Source: Eledone cirrhosa (taxonomy: Eukaryota). Taken from it: DNA of 64,000 nt. The stretch's first letter is position 1. Each line of letters opens with the position of its first letter. A program made the position numbers and the translations under genes. The notes beneath the pieces were generated by a model. The model saw nothing but the letters and a program-made list of their open reading frames with translations, made no database searches and was not told where the DNA came from. This document shows positions 13,801 through 27,439 of the stretch, one piece after another. The stretch is taken from assembly GCA_964016885.1 (NCBI GenBank), contig OZ024746.1:22320001-22384000 (forward strand). The letters run 5' to 3'.

Positions 13801-14509
13801 TTGTGATAGATAGAGATATAGTGAGAGAGATATAGATATATATAGAAAGGTCCAGAGATTGAGGGAGAGAGAGAGGGTGGGGTGAGATATGTAGAGAGAG
13901 GGGGAGATAAAATGGTTCAAGGTTGGATATCTTCTCCCTCTCTTTGATAAACAATACCTTCTTCTAAGAGAATTCACAGGAATTTAGGTCACTAGTCTGT
14001 TTACTTAATATCTTAGCTACAGCATCCCCCACTCCTCTTTCTCTCCCTGTCTCTCCCTCTCTCTGTCGTTCTCTCTCTCTCTCACATACACATACTCACA
14101 TATATATATGTATGTGTATATATATATTTGTGCGTATGTGTATATGTGTGTGAGTATATGTCTGTGTGAATGTGTGTGTATATGCATATGAGTGAGTGTG
14201 CATGCGTGCACGTGTGTATTGATTTCTTGTAGAGGCACAAATACTCTGATTTATTGAAAAGGCAGCAGACAAAAGGTTGTTATGACCCACATTCTGTTTT
14301 TGTTCCCACGAACAAGGCCATCCAGCTGTAGAAACCATGCCAAGACTGCAGTGTATCTAAGGAAGCTGTAATCCTGATATGTACCCTCTCCCTACTTCTA
14401 CCCCCATTCCCTCGCCCCACCCTGTAGGCCTATCTAAGGGAACTGTAGTTCAGAATAATCACTGTCTTGGTCTGCAATAACCCATCAAATCCATGACAAA
14501 CCATTTTAT

Positions 14510-15110
14510 TAGGGTGGGACTTGGAGAGCAACTGCTTTGTGGCATGCAGCTATGTTCTTTTACATTCTAAGTTCAAATCCCGTAAAGGTTAGCTTTCACT
14601 TTCACCCTCACAGAGTCAATAGAATAAAGTACCAATAACACACTGAGGTCGAATTAATTGACTTTCCCCTCCCCGAAATTTGTTGATCTTGAGCAGAAAT
14701 AATAAGAAATATTATTTAGGGCAATAGATTGGCAGTATTGGTAGAACATCAGAGAACATTCTTTGCAGCATAGTTACATCCCTTTATGTTCTAAGTTCAA
14801 ATCCTGCTGAGGATAGCTTTGCTTTTATCCTTATGGGGTCAATAAAATAAAGTACCAGTAATGCACTGTGGTAAATTTAATCGACTTACCCCATCCCTTC
14901 AAATTGCTGGCCTTGTGCCTAATTCAGAAACCCTTATTATTATGGTAACTGAAGGCAGATAATTGTTCTGGGTTTCTGAGTTCAAATTCCACCAAAGTCC
15001 ACTGTGCCATTGATCGTTTTGGGGTTGATAAAGAAAGTAGTACCAGTAAAATACTTGGGTTGATATAATCAATTTTTCCCTTCCCTCCAAAATCCTGGCT
15101 TTGTGTCTGC
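14510..15110 (+). mobile_element. Three head-to-tail SINE family A copies
   Basis: Repeated (ta/ga)gttcaaat..cctt..gtc(a/g)ataaaataaagtacc..gccttgtg blocks at about 14510-14710, 14718-14945 and 14960-15110. Confidence 0.8.
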
Positions 15111-15749
15111 ATTTGACATCATAGTTAAAATGGTAACTGTAACACAACTTAGCTACTGCATCTCTTTCTAAATATAAATACCTCTTGCTTTTTCTCTTCT
15201 CTCTCTCTCTCTCTCTCTCCCCCCTCTCTCTCTCCCTCTCTCTCTCAACTTAACTACTGCATCTCTTTCTCTCTCTGTCTCTCCCCTCCCCCTCTCTCCC
15301 TCCACTTCTCTTTCCCCCGAACACAATCATGAAGATAATGACAACAACAACATTGATGATGATGACGATGATGGTGGTGATGGTAGTGGTGGTGGTGGTG
15401 GTGGTGATGATGAGGGTGAGGATGTTGACAATGATGATGAAGGTTGGTGGTGACAATGATGATAATGATGATGGTGATGTTCAAACCAAAGGATCTCTGA
15501 CTTTAAATAGTTAGAGATTTCTATAAATATTCTAACTCCATCCATATTGAACTAGACAACATCAGTTTTATATAGCTGAATCATCATCTTCTTATCACTA
15601 GTATAATCCTGTAAAATTAGTTCAGAATCAATCGTTATGTAAGTAAATCTGATAAACAATATAAATATAGTGATACAGAACACATAAGTAATCCTTCTTT
15701 TTTCTAAAAATGGCACAGGGACTGCAATTTGAGGGAATGAGAAAGTCAA

Positions 15750-15915
15750 TTCATCATTATCATCATCATCATCATCATCATCATCACCGTTTTATGTCCC
15801 TTTTTCCATGCTAGCATATGTTACATGAGTTATCCTGTTGTGGGCAATGCTAAGTCAGGTGACCATGTCTTGCTCGTACAGAACTGATTTTGGCTTGGTT
15901 TCTACAGCTGGATGC
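15750..15915 (-). mobile_element. SINE family B 3' part, leading into the 48-bp array
   Basis: (cat)n..ttccatgctagcat..gaccatgtcttgctcgtacagaac..ggcttggtttctacagctggatgccc. Confidence 0.8.
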
Positions 15916-16600
15916 CCATTTACAGTGTGGACTGGGTGCTTTTTGTCATGTCAGCAGCATGACCACTTTACAGTGTGTACTGGGTCCTTTTTGCCATGAT
16001 ACCTACATGACCACTTTACAGTGTGGGCTGGGTGCTTTTTGTCGTGACACCTACCCGACCACTTTACAGTGTGTACTGGGTGCTTTTTACCATGATACCT
16101 ACATGATCACTTTACAGTGTGGGCTGGGTGCTTTTTGTCGTGACACCTACCCGACCACTTTACAGTGTGTACTGGGTGCTTTTTGCCATGATACCTACAT
16201 GACCACTTTACAGTGTGGACTGGGTGCTTTTTGTTGTGTCAGCAGCATGACCACTTTACAGTGTGTACTGGGTGCTTTTTGCCATGATACCTACATGACC
16301 ACTTTACAGTGTGGGCTGGGTGCTTTTTGTCGTGACACCTACCCGACCACTTTACAGTGTGTACTGGGTGCTTTTTACCATGATACCTACATGACCACTT
16401 TACAGTGTGGGCTGGGTGCTTTTTGTCATGACACCTACCCGACCACTTTACAGTGTGTACTGGGTGCTTTTTACCATGATACCTACATGACCACTTTACA
16501 GTGTGGACTGGGTGCTTTTTGTCGTGTCAGCAGCATGACCACTTTACAGTGTGGGCTGGGTGCTTTTTGTCGTGACACCTACATAATCACTTTACAGTGG
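15916..16600. repeat. 48-bp minisatellite, ~14 copies, with higher-order structure
   Basis: Unit gaccactttacagtgtg(g/t)(a/g)ctgggtgctttttgccatgatacctacat; 16-aa periodicity in ORF 15890..16729. Confidence 0.95.
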
Positions 16601-16927
16601 GAGGGTGGGGGAGGGGGCATACTGTGTATTTGCTTCAGCTTCGGCCTGTGCCTGTGGGAAGTCAGGTCTTCTGTATTACTGCATAACGCCAGAGGTATGA
16701 ATGATTTCAGAAATAATAGTTATATTTAGTAATAACCAACTGGCAAAAGACACAGGAGTAGACCCCAAGCAAAATGGTTGGATAACATCCATGAGCTTGG
16801 TTGGTCTTGATTGGGGGGTCCAGCTGGATCAATTGGAGATGGTTGCTTCTGACAGGACCCGCTGGGGGGAGTGTTTTAGGACTCAGCCCCCACAACCCTC
16901 CCAGGAATAAGTGGGCGAAAAAGAAGG

Positions 16928-17272
16928 TTTCTGATTTAAGCACAAGATCAACAATTAAATCGCCCATAGTACATTATTGGTACTTTATTCTATTGACCCC
17001 TTAAAGATGAGGAGCAAAGTTAACCTCAGCTGGATTTGAACTCAAAACATGAAATGATGTAATTATATGTTGTGACAATATTTAATAACAATAATGATTT
17101 CTAAGTTAGGCTCAAGGCTAGCAATTTGTGGGGAAGAAGAAAGTCAATTATATCGACTCCAGTACTTAATTGAGGTTGAAAGGCAAAGCTAATCTTGGCG
17201 GAATATAAATGGATATAATTTTATGCTGCAAAGCATGTTGTCCAACCCTCTACCAATACTGCCAATCCACCA
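16928..17272 (-). mobile_element. Two SINE family A copies
   Basis: Reverse-complement motifs ggtactttattctattgacccc..aaagttaacctc..ggatttgaactc. Confidence 0.7.
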
Positions 17273-17949
17273 CACTTTGATGTCCCTCATTGATAAATAA
17301 TGAACTAGTCCAGAAGTAGTAAATTATCAGAATTACAAAAATATCTGATGAGATGCCTTGTGGTATTTGTTCCAAATCTCAACTCTCCGAGCACAAATCA
17401 CAGCAAGGTCAACTTTATTTTGGTTTAACCTGAATATTAAATGTTGATATACATTAATGTTTATAATCTAAAACAAATATATAGTTTGTTTTTTTTCTAT
17501 ATGTAAACAAACTGACAATAGTCAGACTCATTACTTTTACTTCCAAGACTCTTTGTTAAATAATTGATAAGATTACATGATAACTAGATGTGTTTAAAGT
17601 CCAAGGTAATATCAATAGTTATTGAAATATATATGTGTGTAGACATGAGATGTATTTTAATTATGTCTCATATAAAATAATACAACTGGCTATCTGCAAA
17701 ATACGTATAGTTAGCACCCCAAACGTAAAATTGGGATTATACTAAGGTATATCCTAATGTTTGTTGAGTGAGACGGAAGCCGGTCGGAGTATTGCTTAAA
17801 GCTTTCTCTGTTAATGTATTATATATATATATATTGGTCGGCTGTCACTCTGTCGGTTACGATGATGAGTATTCCTGTTGATACAATCAATGGAACAGTC
17901 TGCTCATGAAATTAACGTGTAAGTGGCTGAGCATTTCACAAACAATTTT

Positions 17950-18356
17950 AGGTGGCAAATTAGCAGAGTCATCAGAGCATAAGAAATATACTTTACAATA
18001 TTTATTTTAGCTGTTTGTGCTCTGAGTTCAAATCCCACCAAGGTGAACTTACCCCTTCATCCTTCCTGGGACAGTTCAGAAAAGGGAATTGATGAAGAGG
18101 ACAATTTAAAATGACATTTTTCAGAGGAAATGGTAAAAATCGTAACAAAATAATGTTTTAATGGAAGCATCATCATCATCAACACGGTCATCATCATCAT
18201 CATCATCATGGCCATAATTTTTTTCAAATTTTTCTCTTCATAAATTTCTTTTCTGAACTGTTCCCCAGCCCCTTCTCATTTATTTTGTTACCACCATCAT
18301 CATCTTCTAAACACTAACACTCTAACCCTTCCTGGGGCAATAAAATAAAGTGGCAA
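17950..18356 (+). mobile_element. SINE family A interrupted by a 256-bp insert (18071-18326)
   Basis: SINE reads ..gagttcaaatccc..ttcat-ccttcctggg and resumes ccttcctggg-gcaataaaataaag at 18327. Confidence 0.7.
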
Positions 18357-18891
18357 GCCAAGACAATGGATTGGTGACATTGTTGAATGTGTTGAACAAA
18401 CAACATACCTTGAAGTAGTTGATTGTAAGTTCAATACCTAGTGTAGACTTCTTGGGTTAGGGTTAATCTGTCATCGGTTTAACACTACAACTTAACCCCT
18501 GGATCTCTTTAGGGGTGTCCACTGTGTTAGAAATATTTGGGTTAGTTCTCTGGTTTGTAGATACCTTCCTTCCTCCCTACCTCCCACCCATTAGTTACAA
18601 AAGCTCTGATAAGGGTCATGGGCATGGCCCTTCTATTCTTTGAACTAAATAATAAAAAATATTATTTTTTTGTTTTTGGTGAAGATGTGCCATGAGTTCT
18701 CAATGGAAGGAAGGGAGCTGTGGAAGAAGAAGACCAAAGAAGAGCTGGGCAGGGAGGGGGAGAATTGATCCCCAAAGGCTGAACCTCACAGAGGAGATGT
18801 CAGGGAAACGCATCAAGTGGAGGGGGGGGGGGGTTCTGTAGAGAATCCTGTCAATCCATTAAAGAATGGAAAAAAGGAACAATGTAAAACT

Positions 18892-18906
18892 GGTGATGAC
18901 GATGAC

Positions 18907-18937
<31 letters not shown>

Positions 18938-19645
18938 GTGACAATGATGATGATGATGACTATGATGATGATGATGATGGTGATGACAATGATGATGATG
19001 ACTATGATGATGATGATGGTTATGACAATGATGATGATGACTATGAAGATGATGGTGATGACACTGAAGATGATGATGACGATGATGATGATGGTGGTGA
19101 TGACAACTATCATGACGATGACTTTCATGATAACGACTATGATGATGATGACTATGATGATGATGACTTTCATGATGATGACTATGATGATGATGACTAT
19201 GATGATGATGATGAAAATGGTGATGACTTTCATGATGATGACTATGATGATGATGACTTTCATGATGATGACTATGATGATGATGATGAAAATGGTGATG
19301 ACGGTGATGGTGATGACTTTCATGATGATGACTATGATGATGATGACTTTCATGATGATGACTATGATGATGATGATGAAAATGGTGATGACGGTGATGG
19401 TGATGACTTTCATGATGATGACTATGATGACGATGACTTTCATGATGATGACTATGATGATGATGACTATGATGATGATGATGAAAATGGTGATGACGGT
19501 GATGGTGATGACTTTCATGATGATGACTATGATGACGATGACTTTCATGATGATGACTATGATGATGATGACTATGATGATGATGATGAAGATGATGGTG
19601 ATGACGGTGATGGTGATGGTGATGACAATGAGGATACTGACGATG
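18892..19645. repeat. Compound (GAT)n array with higher-order gactttcatgatgatgactat modules
   Basis: Direct reading; gives poly-D and poly-M ORFs on + and a poly-I ORF on -. Confidence 0.95.
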
Positions 19646-19769
19646 CTTCCATTAAACTATTTGTTACATTTCTGACCATTATCCTCTGAACAATGTCCTT
19701 TTAAATTTTCCTCTTCATCAATTCCCTTTTCTGAACTGTCCCCCAGCTCCTTCTCATTTATTTTGTTAC

Positions 19770-19820
<51 letters not shown>

Positions 19821-21239
19821 CACCACCATCATCATCACCATCATCTCTCTCATTCTCTCCCCCTCTTTCCCCATCTCTCCCTTACCTCATCTCTTTCATC
19901 TCTCTCTCTCTCTCTCTATCTCTCTCTCACTATGGTCCTCTTTATTGCCAGTCCATACAGTTTTACCAATCTTCATCTCCATTTGTAATTATCAGATTGT
20001 AAGGAGATGAGAGGAGAGGGTGAGAAACGAGATGTAAAAGAGGGGAGAAAGGAAAAGAGAGAGGTGGAAGGGGTGAAGGGAAGAGGGGTTGAGAGAAAGC
20101 TGGGAGAGGTGAAGGGAAGAGAAGGGGGAGAAGTTGAGAGAGGGAGAGAAGAGAGAGAGGTGAGAAAGGTGAAGAAGAGAAAGAGGGAGAGAAGAGAGAG
20201 ATAAAGGGGAGAGAAGTTGAGAGAGGAGGGAGAGGGAAGTTGAGAGAAGTTGAGAGAGAGAAAGAAAGAGAGACAGTGATATTTCAAACAATCCATATGA
20301 TGGATTCTGATTGGATGTTCCATGAATGAGCCAATTATCACCAGAGTTTGGTTGAAGATGAGGTGAGAGAGAAAATGGTGTATTGAGTGTTAGAAAGAGA
20401 AACAAAGGTAATGTTTTAGTGCTCTGAACTGGTTAGACCCAGATTGTCTTATCAGGTCCAGAGGAAAACTGTTATTGACAGAGATCGGCTGATTGAGTAA
20501 AACAAGAAAACAAAATTTCATACACTTTTTGACATTTTCCACTGATAAAATTGAAACAAACTCCTGCTGCTGTTTAAAGGTGAAGGTTTTTCATTTGTTT
20601 TATTTGGTTTCTAAGGAATCCTATGTATTCATCTATTATTTTCAATTACATTGCTCTTTCTGCCAGGAGTTGTGACTGGTAGATAGTATCGGCAATGGAA
20701 AGACTAATGGAAACATTGTTTCTTTGGTCCGATTTGATGAGCTCTACCCCACTCAATAAGTGAGTGAAGCTTGGGATCTTGTTCATTTACATCATTAAAA
20801 CCAAAAAAATTCATCCAGCTTGGGTTAAATAGTTATGCAAAGTTAGAAATTTAGAGTAACCACACTTTCTAGTGTTTGTGTCGCTCAGTACATTCTGTAA
20901 AGTGGTTTATGATGAAATAAAGACATTTGGTAGTGTGCACTCTTTAATGACATCAAGGACAAGACAACCCCATTGGTGCTGGTACTATGATTAAATATAC
21001 TCAATACATTCTATAAAGTCGTTGAAGATTAAGCAACAACATAGGTTAGAGAAGGCTTTTTGTCTTGTTGAGGACCTGATAGCATCTCTAGTACTGGTGC
21101 CATGATAAAATGTATCCAGTGCACTCTGTAAAGAGACTATGTCAAAATTTGGAATGTGTGAGTGAAATGTAGTCTCTGACACATCAAAGTAAGCAGTAAT
21201 TCCAAATATGAACTAACTTGGACAACCTGTCCAACCCAT

Positions 21240-21390
21240 GATGTTACTTATTTTCAGCCAAGTGGACAAAAGCAGCATGAAATGAAGTATCTTTCTCAGG
21301 GACATGATACATCACCCAGTCCAAGAATCAAACCTACAGCCTTATGATTGTGAGACCAACACCCTAACCCCAAGGCCATACACCTTCACA
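21240..21390 (-). mobile_element. tRNA-headed SINE family B 5' part
   Basis: Reverse complement of tggcct..ggttagggtgtt..gtttgattcttggactggg..cctgagaaagatacttcatttca. Confidence 0.7.
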
Positions 21391-22739
21391 ATCCATATGT
21401 AGGTGACAAACAAGTGTACTCAATACCAAAGTAGAGTTTAAATATTTATTTATTATGGTCATATAATGAGTCTTGTTACTCTAGACGTTCACCTGCACAC
21501 ACACAGGGTCATCTTCTCTGAAGATATCTAGAACTATCTGACCAAAGCTAGGAATAAAATGACTTTAAAAGGATAAAGAAACATTTCCAGCATTATAAAC
21601 TAGTTCTTTAACCATTTTTGTAAACAAAGATATTTTTAGATTTTATTTTGATAGATAATTTCCTGATTGAATGATATATAGGCTAACATCTTGTATCTCT
21701 AAAAACTGATAACACTATCTGTGTGTTCATACTTATAATGGCTTTGGTTATCTCTAGCTAAAGATCCTATCACTTTAACTGATAACATTTATATAATTAT
21801 GTCAGTTATGCTTTATAAAACTATGTTTTCTTTCATTATTAATCTTTATTGCAAAGACCAGGTCAGTGAATAATCAGGAAACAACTGTGTACACACACAC
21901 ACGCACGTATATATATATATATATGTGTGTGTATATATATATATGTGCATACATACATATATGCATATATACTAATATATATATATATCTGTATGTGGGT
22001 GTGTGAATACATATATATACATACATACACCCACGCACATGTATATATATATATATATATACATATAAATATTATCATCGTTTTTATATCCGTTTTTCTA
22101 TGCTTGCATGAGTTAGACAGGTCCTTTTCAGCTCAGCATCTCTCCACTCCCCACATTCTTTCATGGTGAGTGGAGAGACTATAATTATATATTCACAAAC
22201 ACACAATATATATATATATCATCATCGGTTTAACATCCGCTTTCCCTGCTAGCATAATATATATATAGTTTATTTGAAGTAGTGTGAGATATGTAATAAA
22301 TCATACAGAGAGTGTTAGAAAAGTCAATACAATACTACAGATAGAAATATAAAGATGGAACTAGGGTAAAACGGACAACAAAACAAAATAATGTTTTTAC
22401 CCTATATATTTCATCATGATGACCTTCTTTTCAAATGATGAATGATGAACACAGGAAAATGAAATGTTCTGTTCTCAAGAACCTTTCTTGTGTTGTGTGT
22501 CTGTAACTGACCATTGGTGGAAGTATATGTGCAGTTATAATAGCCAGTCTACTCCATGTAGCTCTGATCTATTATTGATATTGGTTTATGCCTGTTTATA
22601 ATAATTTCTAACTTAGGTACAAGGACAGCAATATGTGGGGAGGGAAAAGTTGATTATATCAATTCCAGTACTTTACTGATACTTTATTTTATTCTGTTAG
22701 TATGTAAGGCAAAGCTAACCTCGGCAGGATTTGAAACAG

Positions 22740-23420
22740 AGGTTAGCTATGCCTGTTTTTAATGAAAGCATCTTTAATTTAGTAATTACCCCACATTCCT
22801 CTCTGTGACTTCTATGGTGACTGCAGTGTCTTGGGTGTGGTATTTCTCCAGGTATTTTTTAACAGAGAAAGCACTGATAGTCATGTGCTCTTTGATCTGT
22901 CTGTACATGCAGCACCTGAGCATAGCTTCCAATGTATGAGCTACTACAGTTTCTGCAGGTCACCCTGTAGACCACATATGTTCTCATGTATATTCTGAAT
23001 TGTTGATGGGACAGTTATGAAGCATGCATATATTATTGGAGTATGTAGGTCAGGATTTAGAGAACAATCTCCCCAGAGAGGGTCCTGAGTGTGCCAGTTG
23101 TAAGTTCAGATATCTTTACAGATAATTTGTTGGATATCAGCAACGGTTCTTTCATTGAAATGCAGTAGCCTTAGGAAGTATATGCTATCCCTAGTGGGTG
23201 TATGTATCTCTTATACTCCTTGGCTGTGCTTTAGCATCTCAATGTTTGGTGAGAGAAGTTGGGTAGCTGTTTTTAGTGAGAACCCTTAAGAATTCTATTG
23301 TGCTGGTGTATTTGTCACTACTCTTGCTGCATCTGCTGTTTATCCAGATCTCATTCCATACATAAACCCTTTTGGCTCTGTAGGGAAGGGCAGAATTGTG
23401 GTGTACAAATGGTGTGTATA
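22740..23420 (-). mobile_element. Penelope-like element fragment: RT thumb, linker and GIY-YIG endonuclease
   Basis: Minus strand FVHHNSALPYRAKRVYVWNE..SRCS (PLE thumb region), then YVVYRVTCRNCSSSYIGS..LHV..IKEHM (GIY-YIG signature VY...C..C...YIG). Confidence 0.8.
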
Positions 23421-23884
23421 TTTGAATATAAGTCAATCTGAATATAAGCCACCCTCCTATATTATGTCTAAGATGTGAAAAAAAATCCAAACCCTATTTA
23501 TAAGCTGAGATGCCTAATCAACACATTGTTTAGATGGCGTATATAAGCACCACTCCTCCATTTTACCATCGATTTTTTTTCTTTTGATCACTTATTCTTT
23601 GGCTCATATTCGAAGAATACAACTCATAATCTTATGATTGCAAACCAAACACCCTAACCACTAAACCATGCAGCTTCACACCATGTGAAGACACCATCTC
23701 TGTAATGAAATAATTAATAAATCCCCCCCCAAAGTCTTATTTATTAAATGAAATACAGTGTATTTCATTAGTAGAAATATGTTTGGAGGAAAGGTTAAAT
23801 GGACGATGCCATTCAACATAGACAAATATCATGTAAACTGACTTGATAATATCATGAATCATAGAATATCACATAATCTGATGT

Positions 23885-23913
23885 GCTCATGGCACTTGTG
23901 GTGGTGCTGGTGG

Positions 23914-23944
<31 letters not shown>

Positions 23945-23967
23945 GCTGATAATACTCATGGCACTTG

Positions 23968-23998
<31 letters not shown>

Positions 23999-24577
23999 AA
24001 TGCTCGTGGCACTTGTGGTGGTGGTGGTGGTGATGATGATGATGATGCCCGTGGCACTTGTGGTGTTGGCGGTGGTTGTGGTGATCGGGGGGTGTGTGTG
24101 TGGTACTGGTGGTGTTTTTTGTGATGATGGTGATAGTAGTGATGATGGTGAGGGTGGTGGAGATCGTTGAGATGGTTGAGATGGTTGCAGTGATGGTGGT
24201 TGTTGTGGTGTTGCCTATGATGATAATGATTGTAATTTTATAGCAATCCTCCTGACCATTTCAAAAGGTCCTGTAGTTTTCCACAGCTCCTAAACTATAT
24301 CTGATAAACTCCATAATATGGTTTGTTGGCTGGCTGCTATCTAGAAAATAGCTGTGGTATGTCTGTGTTCTGAGTGTAGAAATAATATGAAAATAATGAA
24401 AATTACGTCTAAATTATGTACTACAAAGTAATAACTGTGCTGTATTACTGAACAGATGAAGCTGCTGTTAACCATTGATGATGATGATGATGATGATGAC
24501 AACAATGATGGCGGTGGTGACGGTGATGATGGCGGTGGTGACGGTGATGATGATGATGATGATGATGATGCTGATAT

Positions 24578-24639
<62 letters not shown>

Positions 24640-24646
24640 CTGATAT

Positions 24647-24684
<38 letters not shown>

Positions 24685-24776
24685 GTGGCGATAATGTATC
24701 GGAGGAAATCAATATATTTATTTGAGCTTCCATCATATCATATTGTCTCTCCTCCTCCTCCTCCTCCTCCTCCTCC

Positions 24777-24813
<37 letters not shown>

Positions 24814-24826
24814 TATCATCATCATC
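23885..24826. repeat. (GGT)n, (GAT)n, (CCT)n and (CAT)n trinucleotide tracts
   Basis: Direct reading (23885-24230 and 24475-24826). Confidence 0.9.
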
Positions 24827-24953
24827 CTTAAGGTTTAGTTTTATTTTAAATTAGTTTTACTTATTTACAAACACTCGCTGTCAGGAGTATTAAAACTGGA
24901 GACAGAAATATCTCCACTATGATACTGTTTCAATATATGCATGTATGTCTGTA

Positions 24954-24986
<33 letters not shown>

Positions 24987-25319
24987 AAGCGTGTGTGTGG
25001 TTGCATTTGTATGAATGTGTGTGTGTGTGATTGTGTATGTATGTGCATGGGAGCATGTGTGTATGTATGCGCGTGAGTATGTGTGTGTGTGTGTGAGCAT
25101 GTGCATATGTGTGCATGCATGTGAGTATATGTGTGATGGACTGTTCCAGTTGTTTGAACAACAGAACAGCCTACCCATGATATAAACTTGTAAGTGTCTG
25201 AGCATTTCAGACATACATGCTCTCAACATAGTTCTAGGACAGATTTGGCATCTCATAGTCTGTGACAAGGCTGGCTGGTCCTTTGAATTATAAGTGAGTG
25301 TTTTGAGCCTCCATTGATT

Positions 25320-25615
25320 CTGACAACAAACATTCCAGATATTTTATTAACAGGACAGCCAGATGGTAAAATTAATGTTCATGTGGCTAAGCTTTCCACA
25401 GTAACAGGCACATTTAACATAATTCTCAGGAAGATTCAGTATGACATAGCTAAACTTTTGATTTCCAAATACAACTCATTTTTTCCAGCTGAGTTGACTG
25501 GAGCAATGTGAAATAAAGTAACTTGCTCAAGGATATAACACCTTGCCAGACATCAAATTCACAACCTTGTGCTTATGAGCTGAACGCATCTAACCTAGTT
25601 ATCCACGCACCTTCA
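25320..25615 (-). mobile_element. tRNA-headed SINE (family B head, alternative 3' part)
   Basis: agctgagttgactggagcaatgtgaaataaagtaacttgctcaagg is the reverse of the central domain; 3' part homologous to 28540-28675. Confidence 0.7.
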
Positions 25616-26097
25616 TGATATTTTAGCACACACTTTAACAAAACGTTAGTTTTCATATATGAATGAAAAAACATGTCAATTATTTCTAAATAAGTAATTT
25701 CCTAGAATCTGCTGTGTTCAGAGATATGTGCCTTCAACTGTTTCAAAAAATGGAAGCCATTAAAAGCCCAGCATCTAACCAACAGCTGTGTAATTGGTTT
25801 TAGCAAAAGAGACACCAGCTTTTAATTTTTTGTTCTTTTTTTGTTTTGTTTTTATTGCTGTAAGTCTTAATGTAAGACTACATTAAATATGGAAATAGGG
25901 AGTCACAGTACAAGTGGTTCTTGTTAGGATTCCTGTTAGAAATATTTGCTTCTGTGCAAAATTCTGCTAACAACTATTTTCAGTGTTTTGAAAATGTTTT
26001 TCTACTCTCACAAACAACCACACATTCTCCCCCACTCCACCCCCATCTCTTGTAGTTGTATGGATGATTTCAGAAATAATTGAATTATTTTGTAATA

Positions 26098-27045
26098 AGA
26101 AATGATTTCTGATTTAGGCAAAAAGCCAACAATTTTGAGAGAGGGGAAAGTCAATTAAATTCACTCCAATGTGTTACTGGTACGTACTTTATTTCTTCAA
26201 CCCCGTAAGGATGAAAGCAAAGCTAACCTCAGCGGGATTTGAACTCAGAACATAAAGGGCCGTAAATATTTAATGAAATTAATAATAATGATTTCTTATT
26301 TAAGTACAAGGCCAGCAATTTGTGGGTAAGGAAAAGTTGATTATAACATCCTCCAGTATTTTGCTGGCCTTATATTTTACCGACCCTGGAAGGATGAAAA
26401 GCAAAGCTAACCTTGGTGGGATTTGAACACAGAATGTAAAGGGCCGTAACTCTATGACACAAAGCATGTTCTTCGATGTTTACTGATACTACCAATCCAC
26501 CCTTAACAATAACAATGGTTTCTTATATAGGAACAAGGCCAGCAATTTTGGGGAAGGGGATTAAATCGACCCTAGTGCCTGACTGGTACTTTATTTTATC
26601 GAGCCCATAAGGATGAAAGGTAAAGTTAACCTCGGCAGGATTTGAACTAAGACCGTAAAGGGCCGTAACTCTATACCGCTAAGCATGTTGTCCGTTGCTC
26701 TACCAATTTGGCAAATCCACTGTCCCACCACCACTTTAATAATAATAAAAATAGTAATAATAATGGTTTCTGATTTAGGCTCAAGGCCAATAATTGGGGG
26801 GGGGGGGGTCAATTAGATTGATTCCAATGCATTACTGGTACTTTATTTTATTGACCCACTAAGTTAAACATTTTGAGGGAAGGGAAAGTTGATTACATTG
26901 AACCCAGTACTTGACTGCTATTTTATTTTATCAGCCCTGGAAAGATGAAAGAGAAATTGAACTCAATGGCAAGATTTAAACTCAGAATACAAAGAGCCAT
27001 AACTAAATATTGCAAAGCATTAGTTCCGATACTCTAACAATCCAG
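26098..27045 (-). mobile_element. Train of ~5 head-to-tail SINE family A copies
   Basis: Units at about 26100-26270, 26290-26505, 26515-26725, 26765-26860 (partial) and 26870-27045, separated by (aat)n. Confidence 0.85.
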
Positions 27046-27439
27046 CTGATGATGATGATGATGATGATATAAACATTGTTGTTAGCAATTTCCAGAATAA
27101 GCAAGAAGCCATGTAATACAATGTTTCTGGTGATGATGGTGGCGGTGGTGGTGGCGGTGGTGGTGGTGGTGATAGTGGTGGTGGTGATGGAGGCTGTGTT
27201 GGTGGGGCGGGGGCTGGAAAAAAGATAATAAAGCAAAGAAAGAAGATATCTTAAGGTTGTGATGTGGAATATGACAAAGAAATAGAATATAGCTGGTGTA
27301 GTATTTCTTTGCTCTTAGTTGATCACCTCCAGACATAAACAGCTTTCTGTTTAGGAAGTTAAGTTCCACTGATAAATATACATATATATCTGTGTGTGTG
27401 TGTGTAACAACAACCTTTAACCTTTTACTAGTTTAATCA

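Noticed and set aside
15890-16729. 279-aa Cys-rich repeat protein
   Set aside because: Translation of the SINE-derived 48-bp minisatellite with a TTG start; it is open only because the unit length is a multiple of 3 and lacks a stop in that frame.
18817-19689. 290-aa Asp-rich ORF resembling molluscan acidic biomineral proteins (Aspein/Asprich type)
   Set aside because: GTG start, no signal peptide, and several frames are open simply because it is a (GAT)n array. Its 3' flank is part of a local duplication. There is no splice or codon evidence, although transcription cannot be excluded without RNA data.
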